DNA of 35,576 nucleotides from a virus (lineage: Duplodnaviria; Caudoviricetes). This document shows, in pieces, positions 8,605 through 16,077 of this stretch (positions are counted from its first letter, which is position 1; each line of letters begins with the position of its first letter). The stretch lies in IMG/VR virus record IMGVR_UViG_3300044724_007750, positions 1 through 35,576 of that record. One strand, written 5' to 3'. The notes beneath the pieces are model-generated. The model ran no database searches, had not been told where the DNA came from, and worked only from the letters and a program-made list of their open reading frames with translations. The translations under genes and the position numbers were made by a program.

Positions 8605-9182
8605 CTATAGTTACTAAATTTTTTCATATAAGAAGTCATTTTAGTACCATTACCATCTCTAAATTCATATCCTTTTCTAAAAAACTTCTTAACATTTCCT
8701 GGACCGGCTAAATGAGCTGCTGCAAGTATACCAGATTCAGTAATATAAATTCCATTGATTATTTGACCATCATACTTTTCTATTTGTCTTCTAAGTATCT
8801 TCTTATTGTGAATCAATAAATCGTACATAGCTTCTTCTTGTATTGAAGGATTGGCTAAAAATACTCTATTGGATACGTCTTCATATCCTAAAGCATTTAA
8901 AGTCTTTCTACCAAACTGATACTTACCTAAGTATCCAAATTGGTTTACTGCTTTATAGTTTCCGGAAGACTCTCTAAATCCTAAGTCTTCTAAAAATTTG
9001 TCGTGATTTTTAATAATAAGCTCTACTTTTGGTGCTTCTATCTTTGGGGTTATAACTGCTAAGGCCAAAGGCCTGAGAGGTTCTTCTACTACAGTATCTA
9101 CTTTCATTCTAGTTGCCATTGTAAATGCCATAACAAGAGTGGATGCTAAAGACACAACAATAGTAAAAATCAAGTTTTTCAT
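8592..9182 (-). CDS. lysozyme-fold / lytic transglycosylase-like protein with N-terminal hydrophobic segment
   Basis: LGFRESSGNY..VN..GYLGKYQFG (catalytic ES, GxYQ) and a late AAAHLAGPG motif. Residues about 3-21 are hydrophobic. Confidence 0.75.
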   Translation of the reverse strand: MKNLIFTIVVSLASTLVMAFTMATRMKVDTVVEEPLRPLALAVITPKIEAPKVELIIKNHDKFLEDLGFRESSGNYKAVNQFGYLGKYQFGRKTLNALGYEDVSNRVFLANPSIQEEAMYDLLIHNKKILRRQIEKYDGQIINGIYITESGILAAAHLAGPGNVKKFFRKGYEFRDGNGTKMTSYMKKFSNYRLDL

Positions 9183-9196
9183 AAGATAAGTTTAAA

Positions 9197-9346
9197 TTAA
9201 AATAAGTCTAGGAAAGATGTTCCTATCTTCTTTTCTCTGAGTTTATCGTTTAATTCAGAGCGTTTGACTAGATCGTCAGCTACCTTTCTTTCTAAAGGTT
9301 TTTTCTTTTTCCAAGTCGAAAATTTATTTTTTTCCTTTTTGGCCAT
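9197..9346 (-). CDS. small basic protein (49 aa)
   Basis: Not in the ORF track. MAKKEKNKFSTWKKKKPLERKVADDLVKRSELNDKLREKKIGTSFLDLF*. Fills the gap, with TATTTATA 3 nt upstream. Confidence 0.7.
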   Translation of the reverse strand: MAKKEKNKFSTWKKKKPLERKVADDLVKRSELNDKLREKKIGTSFLDLF

Positions 9347-9349
9347 GTC

Positions 9350-9357
9350 TATAAATA
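9350..9357 (-). promoter_or_regulatory. class 2 element (TATTTATA)
   Basis: Same octamer as at 16067, 18941, 25351 and 34953, each intergenic and shortly upstream of a start codon. Confidence 0.5.
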
Positions 9358-9360
9358 GTT

Positions 9361-9993
9361 TTATAGTCTAGAGATGTATTCACTCCCATCATCTTTTTCT
9401 TCGTCATACAGACCTAAGCTCTTTAGATGCTCAATATGAGCTTCATCAAGCTCCCAATCAGGCTCATCATTGCGTGTTTTAACGTAATCTTCCATTGCCT
9501 CTGCTTGTTTTTCTTCTATAGGTGATGCTGCATATAGAAAAGAACAATTGTAGCAGAGAAACTCAAGATTATCTAAATGCCAGTTTTTTTTATTTCCATC
9601 TTTAAAATTTAAGATGACTGGTACTTTTGTATCTTTTATTCTTCTTTCGGAAAATCCACATGAGTTACATTTCTCTTCTATCATTCCTTCAAAGATAAGT
9701 CTTTTTTTAATATCTTTGGCATCGAAGTGCTCTATTGGAACTCTACCTTCTAACAAATCCATCAATGGAATCCTGTCTTTACCTTTTAAAGCAAATTTAG
9801 GAATACCTTTACCCTCTTGATTCTTATGAACTTCTAGAAGAGTAACTCCTTTATCATTCTTAAACATCTTAGCATACTTCTTATAGTGATTATAAGATAC
9901 ATGTAGATATCTGGCAGCAGCCATATTAGAACGAGTCATCTTCTGAGCTCTAAGAATATCTTCTTTGGTTAATATTTTAGAGGGAGTCGGCAT
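9361..9993 (-). CDS. HNH-like zinc-binding protein, apparently degenerate active site
   Basis: CNSC...LNFKDGNKKNWHLDNLEFLCYNCS follows HNH spacing but lacks both histidines. HTH-like N-terminal segment (SNMAAARYLHVSY) and an acidic tail. Confidence 0.65.
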   Translation of the reverse strand: MPTPSKILTKEDILRAQKMTRSNMAAARYLHVSYNHYKKYAKMFKNDKGVTLLEVHKNQEGKGIPKFALKGKDRIPLMDLLEGRVPIEHFDAKDIKKRLIFEGMIEEKCNSCGFSERRIKDTKVPVILNFKDGNKKNWHLDNLEFLCYNCSFLYAASPIEEKQAEAMEDYVKTRNDEPDWELDEAHIEHLKSLGLYDEEKDDGSEYISRL

Positions 9994-10376
9994 TAGTAAT
10001 CTATTCCTTCTATTCCTTCAGGTTCTTTATCTGGATCAAATGGGTCATAGTCGTCCTCCTCATCATCTAAGACTTGAGTGACTTTTTCTCTTACTGATTG
10101 AGAGATAGCAGTTTCATCAGCATCTAAATCAAGCATTTCTAAATAAACCTTTTTACCAGCTAACTCTGCCTCTTTAGAAGCAATTGCTCTAGCTCTATCT
10201 TGATCCATAATAATTATATCATTATAAGTATGATCACCAGAACCTTCTACAGTAGTTATCCCTACCACAGGTTTAGCCGTTGAACAGTTAACACAAACGT
10301 GGTAACCTAACTCTTTTCTTTTTAATGGAAGTACGTCCTCGTTACAAGCAGGACAAGTTGTCATTTCTAATTTCAT
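9993..10376 (-). CDS. C4 zinc-finger protein, DksA/TraR-finger-like, acidic tail
   Basis: CPAC...LPLKRKELGYHVCVNCST, similar in layout to 319..570. Confidence 0.65.
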   Translation of the reverse strand: MKLEMTTCPACNEDVLPLKRKELGYHVCVNCSTAKPVVGITTVEGSGDHTYNDIIIMDQDRARAIASKEAELAGKKVYLEMLDLDADETAISQSVREKVTQVLDDEEDDYDPFDPDKEPEGIEGIDY

Positions 10377-10400
10377 ATATAACCGTTTTTAAATTAGATA

Positions 10401-10432
10401 TAAATATAAGAAAAATATACCGGGGAAGCAAC
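10401..10432 (-). promoter_or_regulatory. class 1 promoter-like element
   Basis: GTTG CTTCCCCGGTATATTTTTCT TATATTTA, 20-nt spacer. Confidence 0.75.
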
Positions 10433-10836
10433 TATTTATCGAAATTTTTAATAACACTCCACACATCCTCAGGAGTCTTAAAATTTACTGTTTGTTCTTT
10501 TTTATTTTTTTCTATAGTAATAGTACCATCCCATTCTTTATCCGGAGCCAGCTGGTACAAGTACATTTGAATTAAACCGAGCTGTTCTTTTTTAAAGTGC
10601 ATTTTCATAAGATTTTCAATGACAGAAAAGAACTGGTCTTCATAGACAGTCATATCCATACCGATTTCTTCTTGCATGAAATCTCTTCTTTCTTCTATTT
10701 GCTTTAGTTGTTTTAAAACTTCAATGAATAATTTTTTATCCATAGTTTTTTTATCAAGAGATTTTAATTTAATTCGATAAGAGAGAGGGTGGATTGAATA
10801 AAGAACTTGTCTTATTCTTTTTTTAGGTTCTATCAT
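10432..10836 (-). CDS. hypothetical protein
   Basis: 134-aa ORF with an ATGA overlap with the upstream gene. Confidence 0.75.
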   Translation of the reverse strand: MIEPKKRIRQVLYSIHPLSYRIKLKSLDKKTMDKKLFIEVLKQLKQIEERRDFMQEEIGMDMTVYEDQFFSVIENLMKMHFKKEQLGLIQMYLYQLAPDKEWDGTITIEKNKKEQTVNFKTPEDVWSVIKNFDK

Positions 10837-11207
10837 AATTCTGGTTCTTCTGGTTCTACTTCTGAGCTTCCTGGGTTTTGTTGAGATAATGCCTTTCTGA
10901 TTATCTTATCAAAATACTCAATGTAGATGAAGAATCCAATGATAGTTTTGTCTTTTAAATTTCGATCTCTTTCAACTCTTAGATCATATTCATCTAAGCC
11001 TTGTTCTAATCTTTCTTCTAGCTCGATAGCTATATCGTTTCGTTGAGTTGCTGTTAATGAGCCGAATTCTGTAGGAATAAACTGAACTTTAACTCCTTTT
11101 TTGTTAGGATCTTCATTAGTATCTACTTTAAGTAAAAACGAATGACCTGCAAAGTTAATTTTTGCAGCTTCAGTTACCATGCTAACTAGTTCTTTAAGTC
11201 TTTTCAT
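10833..11207 (-). CDS. hypothetical protein
   Basis: 124-aa ORF with a promoter-like element immediately upstream. Confidence 0.8.
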   Translation of the reverse strand: MKRLKELVSMVTEAAKINFAGHSFLLKVDTNEDPNKKGVKVQFIPTEFGSLTATQRNDIAIELEERLEQGLDEYDLRVERDRNLKDKTIIGFFIYIEYFDKIIRKALSQQNPGSSEVEPEEPEL

Positions 11208-11211
11208 ATTC

Positions 11212-11243
11212 TAAATATAAGAATAAAATCTATTATATACAAA
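11212..11243 (-). promoter_or_regulatory. class 1 promoter-like element (TTTG-N20-TATATTTA)
   Basis: Carries the canonical TTTG box. The downstream box ends 4 nt before the ATG at 11207. Confidence 0.65.
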
Positions 11244-11265
11244 TAAATAGAATAAAAAATCGTTA

Positions 11266-12354
11266 TCAAATAGAATTTAACACTTCTCTGATGTCAAACA
11301 TTTCATCTACATTTATGTATGGACATTCATGGAAGTTATTTTCGAATTGATAATCGAACATATAAGAATTTATAAGTTGATTAGCTGTTGGAGGTAATTT
11401 AGCAATAATATTTTTATGATTATCGTAACCAAAAACTTTGGGGGAGGTTCCAATCCAAAGCACAGTAGATTGTAATTTATAAGCTGCTGCTGCATGCTGA
11501 AGCGAACTGTCAATAAGTACTCTCTTTTGAGACATCATCAAGAGAGAAAATAGCTCTAGATTAGAAAGAGGTTTATCGAATCGTTCAATATTACCTTTAA
11601 GTTGGTATCCATCAGGTCTAGTAATCTGTACTATATGATATTCATTGCTAAATCTGTTAACTATTTCTTGAGCTATTTCCATAGGCATATCTCTAGTCCA
11701 TGAATATGGATATCTCTGCCCTTGCATTGGACCTCCGTTGCTTTGGAGAACTAATATAGGTTTAGGTCTCATCCAAATGTTATTATACATTTTTTGAGGA
11801 TAGTTAACAAAGAGTTGAGGAGTTTGTTTTTTATAAGGTATCTCTAATAAATCACACCAATTTTCAATCAAGTGTTTTTTCTTAGTTATATGACCGGTCT
11901 GATGATAAGGTTCGTGTTTAAAAATAATAGAGTCCTTGCCTTCTATATAATCTTCATAAAAATATGGTGTTGCACCCATTGCAAACACTCTATCTATATG
12001 AGGATTATTTAAAAATATTTCAGGATAACTAACTACCATAATAAGTTTTCTATCCGGGTAAGTATTTTTAAGGTCCCCAATTAAAGCTGTTCCTGCTACG
12101 TTTTTACCTAACCCTCCTTGAATATGCCAAATTACATACTTATCATTAGAGTTATTATTAAAAGTTTTATTAGAAGAAGATTTAGGTTTATTTTTTATCT
12201 CATCAAATACATTTCTTTCCATCTTAGGTACAGGATCTGTCTGTACTGTAGTTTGTTGACCCATGTTAGCCCAAGGGTTAATTTTGGTATCCTTATTTCC
12301 TGAAAGTTTTACTTCTTTAACTTTAGGTTTAAAAATATCTTTTTTCTTTGTCAT
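11266..12354 (-). CDS. GT9-like (heptosyltransferase-like, GT-B) glycosyltransferase
   Basis: IQGGLGKNVAGTA, IFLNNPHID, and LIDSSLQHAAAA...VLWIGTSPKVFGY correspond to the GT9 lGD, NP and DSg..HlAAA motifs. About 70-aa low-complexity N-terminal extension. Confidence 0.75.
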   Translation of the reverse strand: MTKKKDIFKPKVKEVKLSGNKDTKINPWANMGQQTTVQTDPVPKMERNVFDEIKNKPKSSSNKTFNNNSNDKYVIWHIQGGLGKNVAGTALIGDLKNTYPDRKLIMVVSYPEIFLNNPHIDRVFAMGATPYFYEDYIEGKDSIIFKHEPYHQTGHITKKKHLIENWCDLLEIPYKKQTPQLFVNYPQKMYNNIWMRPKPILVLQSNGGPMQGQRYPYSWTRDMPMEIAQEIVNRFSNEYHIVQITRPDGYQLKGNIERFDKPLSNLELFSLLMMSQKRVLIDSSLQHAAAAYKLQSTVLWIGTSPKVFGYDNHKNIIAKLPPTANQLINSYMFDYQFENNFHECPYINVDEMFDIREVLNSI

Positions 12355-12355
12355 A

Positions 12356-13123
12356 TTATAAAACTTTACCGAATTGTAACTCTGTTAATGATCTATGATG
12401 TCCTAAATTACCTTTTGTTACAGCATTAAATGCTAAACTAAACCTAGGATGTTCAGATTCGTTTGTAGGAACTGAATGTACTAGATAAGAAGGAAATAAT
12501 AAAAGCATGCCTGGAATAAATGGAATTTGAAATTCTTCCCAAGAATATTTACCTCCAGGTTTGCTATTGTCTACCGGTGTTTGAACGTAAGATACGTTCA
12601 TACTAGCAGTACTTTTATGAAATTTAATAGCTGGTGTCTTTTCCTCTGGTGAACCAAAATACAGTACACCTGAAATAATACTATTAGGGTGAGTATGACC
12701 TACGTGATGTTGTCCAGGAGCCTTAACTGATACCCATGACTGACTAAAGCTGTAACCTTCTACGTCATGTCTTAGTACATTTTTACCAAATGCCTCTACA
12801 TGCTCCATAATAATATCTGCAGCATGCTTACACTCATCATTATTTAAAATATAAGTATCTTCTGAATGCCAACCATATTGGTCTACTAAATCACCTTCGC
12901 TCATTTTTTGATCAAAGAAAAATTTAGCAACATCTGCAACAGATTCCGGAAGCATAGTAGTATACAAAGGAGTAGGAAATAAGTCTATAATAGAAGTAGT
13001 AGGATTTAAAATAGTCTCTACAGTTTCTAAAGGCCCTCTAGCTTTCAAAAAAGCTGGCTGTTCTAGCTCATTAGAGCATCCACAGTTATTATTTCCACAC
13101 CCACAGTTATTATTATCTGACAT
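12356..13123 (-). CDS. putative Fe(II)/2OG oxygenase, TIGR02466-like (HxH type)
   Basis: LFPTPLY, SQSWV, HVGHTHPNSIISGVLY, LFPSYLVHSV and RFSLAFN motifs. N-terminal (NNNCGC)x2. Confidence 0.88.
   Translation of the reverse strand: MSDNNNCGCGNNNCGCSNELEQPAFLKARGPLETVETILNPTTSIIDLFPTPLYTTMLPESVADVAKFFFDQKMSEGDLVDQYGWHSEDTYILNNDECKHAADIIMEHVEAFGKNVLRHDVEGYSFSQSWVSVKAPGQHHVGHTHPNSIISGVLYFGSPEEKTPAIKFHKSTASMNVSYVQTPVDNSKPGGKYSWEEFQIPFIPGMLLLFPSYLVHSVPTNESEHPRFSLAFNAVTKGNLGHHRSLTELQFGKVL
13080..13114. repeat. 21-bp-period duplication encoding NNNCGC twice
   Basis: ccacagttattatt at 13080-13093 and 13101-13114. Confidence 0.8.
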
Positions 13124-13127
13124 ATAT

Positions 13128-13158
13128 ATAATATAAGAATTTAATTTGGATCTACAAA
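13128..13158 (-). promoter_or_regulatory. class 1 promoter-like element (weak variant)
   Basis: TTTG-N19-TATATTAT, preceded by TTCT as in other copies, 4 nt before the ATG at 13123. Confidence 0.45.
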
Positions 13159-13746
13159 ATTTAATGCTACAGAAATTCTATCAGTCTCTGATTCATTTCG
13201 CTCCACGCTATGTTTAGTCCATGCAGGAAAAATATAACATAAAGATTCTTGAGGATCAACCGATAGAGATTGAGAAGCAAATGGAGATTGATTTCTATAT
13301 CTTCCTAAAAAGAAAGTAGAGTTATCATTTCTCTCAATAATAAGGTTACCTGTATTTTCAGCTTGTACTTGAATATAGTAAACGGCAGATAATATAGACT
13401 TTTGATGGTCGTGAGAGATATTGTAATCTCCTTTTCGGTTTATGTTAAACCAAAAGTTACCGACTTGCAGGTCTTTTATTCCAGTTAATGAACTACAATT
13501 TTTTTGAACAAACTCCTGTAAAATTGTAAAAAGATTATTCACAGCATCAGGAACTGGCTCTGTAATTTCGCTGGAATGCCATCCTCCTCTGTTAGAAATA
13601 TATGCACCAGATGTTTCAGATTCTAAACCATATACATATTCAGCTATACTCTTATTATCTATTCCTTGTACGTCTAACTTCCATACAGGGGTAGTAAATA
13701 ACTCTGCAAATTGTGATTCTATTTTCATTTTATCTGAATGGTTCAC
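13141..13746 (-). CDS. putative Fe(II)/2OG oxygenase, TIGR02466-like (HxH type)
   Basis: LFTTPVW, SNRGGWHS, WFNIN..GDYNISHDH, LSAVYY, IFPAWTKHSV and RISVALN motifs. Confidence 0.88.
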   Translation of the reverse strand: MNHSDKMKIESQFAELFTTPVWKLDVQGIDNKSIAEYVYGLESETSGAYISNRGGWHSSEITEPVPDAVNNLFTILQEFVQKNCSSLTGIKDLQVGNFWFNINRKGDYNISHDHQKSILSAVYYIQVQAENTGNLIIERNDNSTFFLGRYRNQSPFASQSLSVDPQESLCYIFPAWTKHSVERNESETDRISVALNFVDPN

Positions 13747-14347
13747 CTCCTGTCCAAAACACTAATGCTTTTCTCTGTCCTTTTGTTATAGGAGTAACTC
13801 TATGCATAAGGTATGTAGGAAAAATTAAAATATCTCCTTTTTCTCTGGAAAGAGTAACAATAGATTCTGTATCTGTGTCTCCTTCACCCCCCATCCATAT
13901 TTGAAAGTCTCCTCCTTCATATTCATCAGGATCAGATAATTGAACTGTCATAGCTAGTTTTCTGTTATTAACATGTCCTGCACCAATATCCATATGCCAT
14001 GTTAAATGACCTCCATCTTCTGGATAAATAACGTAATGAATAGGATCGGTGACATAACTCAAGTTAAAGTTGTATGTATCTTCATTAGCTTTATTAACAA
14101 ACCCTTCTAAGTAATCATAAAGTCCTTGTGTATCTGGGTTAGGAAAAAGATATGCAATATCTCTATTGTTTGTTTTATCCGTGTCGATATTACCATATTC
14201 CTGTATACCTGTTTTACCTTTTTCAAATTCATAATTTTTAACAAGCTCCTCTAGTAATTCAATTTGCTGTGGTCCAAATGCCTTAGAGTAATAAGTTATA
14301 TCATTTATTCCTCTTATATTTTTATTTAAAATAGGTCCAATATACAT
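13730..14347 (-). CDS. Fe(II)/2OG oxygenase, PKHD/prolyl-hydroxylase-like
   Basis: WHMD, RKLAMTVQLSDPDEYEGGDF and IFPTYLMHRVTPITKGQRKALVFW motifs. Confidence 0.92.
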   Translation of the reverse strand: MYIGPILNKNIRGINDITYYSKAFGPQQIELLEELVKNYEFEKGKTGIQEYGNIDTDKTNNRDIAYLFPNPDTQGLYDYLEGFVNKANEDTYNFNLSYVTDPIHYVIYPEDGGHLTWHMDIGAGHVNNRKLAMTVQLSDPDEYEGGDFQIWMGGEGDTDTESIVTLSREKGDILIFPTYLMHRVTPITKGQRKALVFWTGGEPFR

Positions 14348-14961
14348 TAGCTATCTTTTTTATTTTGTTCTTCTTTAACATCTACTACAGGTATATGGTC
14401 AAACCACCCTGTAAGTATATATTTAGTTTCAGTTTCTGATACTATACCTCTATGTAAGTGAGTCCAGTCAGATGGCCAAATAACTAATTTGCCTTGAACT
14501 GGATCTTCAAAATGATTCTGATAATAGAACTCAGTATGACCACCATCGTTAACAGTATTTAAATAAACCATCCATACAAATACTCTTTCTGAATGTGCTA
14601 ATCCTGCTCTTTCACAATGGTATTGATAGAACCCTTCCCCCGGTTCATATCTTTGAAGATTAAATAAAGGAGAAAGTTGATAAGGATCTAAATTTTCAAA
14701 AGCTGTTTTGAATCTACTACTATAATAGAAAGCTTGGTCATAAAGTTTTGGGACAAGCTTATTTAAAAGCTCACCCCAGTCTTTATGTTGCCTCATAGAG
14801 GGATTAAACGTTAAGTCAGTAGATTTTTTAGCACCAGACGAACCTATTTCTCCTGCTGTATTACTTACTCCGGGAGATTTATCTGGTGATTTTTCGAACT
14901 CTTCTATAAACCTTTGACATAACTCTGGAGATAAAAAATTATTTCTCCTATAAATAAACAT
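14347..14961 (-). CDS. Fe(II)/2OG oxygenase, prolyl-4-hydroxylase-like (HxE type)
   Basis: LQRYEPGEGFYQYHCE, WMVYLNTVNDGGHTEF, IWPSDWTHLHRG and KYILTGW motifs. Confidence 0.92.
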   Translation of the reverse strand: MFIYRRNNFLSPELCQRFIEEFEKSPDKSPGVSNTAGEIGSSGAKKSTDLTFNPSMRQHKDWGELLNKLVPKLYDQAFYYSSRFKTAFENLDPYQLSPLFNLQRYEPGEGFYQYHCERAGLAHSERVFVWMVYLNTVNDGGHTEFYYQNHFEDPVQGKLVIWPSDWTHLHRGIVSETETKYILTGWFDHIPVVDVKEEQNKKDS

Positions 14962-14962
14962 A

Positions 14963-15724
14963 CTAAAATCCTGTTTCTGGATCGAAATTGGTTATTTCAT
15001 CTTTAGCTTCTTGGATTTTCTTTGCTTCAGCTTGATTTTGCTCTAAGACTAGTTTTTCTTTAGCAGTTTTAAAATCTAAAAGCTTACCATCGGATGTTTT
15101 TAATCTTTCAATAGTTCTCAAAGGACCAACAGCGTTAATTACTTCAGCAGGGCCTGAGTTAGGACCTAAAGACTTAACTCTATTTTGTAAAGATAGTTTG
15201 TAAGATTCAGCTTGGTGTGCATTAACATCTTGAGTATCAAATGAACCATCTTCTAATTCACTTTTAATTTGAGACCATAATTTCAACTCTCTAATACGAT
15301 CTCGTGCAGTTTGTTCTAGGTTAGCACGTGCAAAAGTATTTTGGTCTAGCTGTACCTCAAGTTCCATGATTCTAAGTTCGTCACCGTCCTCTACTGCCTC
15401 TTTATGTCTTTTTTCTAATTTTAATCTTTCAATAGTATTTAATCTAATATCGAAAGAAGCACCAATAATAGCTTCAAACATACCATTTTGTTCCCTAACT
15501 GCTTGCCAATATTTAGAGGCCGCTGTTGGGTGTCTACCATCGTTTAGTACGGAAATTCTCATTTCTGTTTCAGTACGGAAAACTTGTTTCTTAGTCCAGG
15601 TATCGGTAAGTTCTTCTCTCATTTTAACGAGAACTTCACCATCTTCTGGTCTTAGTACTGAAAGGATTGGTTTAAGATCGTCCGTTATAGTAAGATCTTG
15701 GATGTTTTTGTTTTTATCTGTCAT
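14963..15724 (-). CDS. alpha-helical/coiled-coil protein of unknown function
   Basis: 253-aa charged helical protein containing WTKKQVFRTETEMRISVLNDGRHPTAASKYWQAVREQ. First gene after a class 1 element, followed closely by the oxygenases. Confidence 0.75.
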   Translation of the reverse strand: MTDKNKNIQDLTITDDLKPILSVLRPEDGEVLVKMREELTDTWTKKQVFRTETEMRISVLNDGRHPTAASKYWQAVREQNGMFEAIIGASFDIRLNTIERLKLEKRHKEAVEDGDELRIMELEVQLDQNTFARANLEQTARDRIRELKLWSQIKSELEDGSFDTQDVNAHQAESYKLSLQNRVKSLGPNSGPAEVINAVGPLRTIERLKTSDGKLLDFKTAKEKLVLEQNQAEAKKIQEAKDEITNFDPETGF

Positions 15725-15747
15725 AACAAATTTTAATTATATATTAG

Positions 15748-15779
15748 TTAATATAGTAATAAATTTTTAATTAACCAAC
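15748..15779 (-). promoter_or_regulatory. class 1 promoter-like element (variant)
   Basis: GTTG-N20-TATATTAA in the intergenic gap. Confidence 0.6.
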
Positions 15780-15786
15780 TAATCTA

Positions 15787-16050
15787 CTATAAAGATCCTG
15801 TTGGAAGTGCAATTGAAGTTGGAGTATCTGAGCCTGAAGGTAGTTCAGCTATAGAAGCAGATAAAGCAGTATCTACTAATGCTTGAGCATCCTCTAAGGT
15901 TTTTTCTACTCCACCAACTCTAGCAGCCCATGTGGTATTTTCAGTTGCATATACATCACCTGGGAATCCTGCTACAAGACTAGTTTCATTATCCTCGTGA
16001 GTGATAAATCCTCTACCTGTGTTAGTTGCTACGTAATATTTAATAGCCAT
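15787..16050 (-). CDS. small protein downstream of the propeller genes (possible assembly factor)
   Basis: 87-aa Cys-free ORF with a class 2 element upstream. The role is inferred from position only. Confidence 0.75.
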   Translation of the reverse strand: MAIKYYVATNTGRGFITHEDNETSLVAGFPGDVYATENTTWAARVGGVEKTLEDAQALVDTALSASIAELPSGSDTPTSIALPTGSL

Positions 16051-16066
16051 AGTTTATAAGTTTTAA

Positions 16067-16075
16067 TATAAATAT
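16067..16075 (-). promoter_or_regulatory. class 2 element (ATATTTATA)
   Basis: Intergenic, 16 nt upstream of the ATG at 16050. Confidence 0.55.
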
Positions 16076-16077
16076 TG

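Noticed and set aside
15787-16050. 87-aa protein as a RiPP precursor for the oxygenases
   Set aside because: It has no leader/core organisation, and no dedicated peptidase or transporter is nearby.
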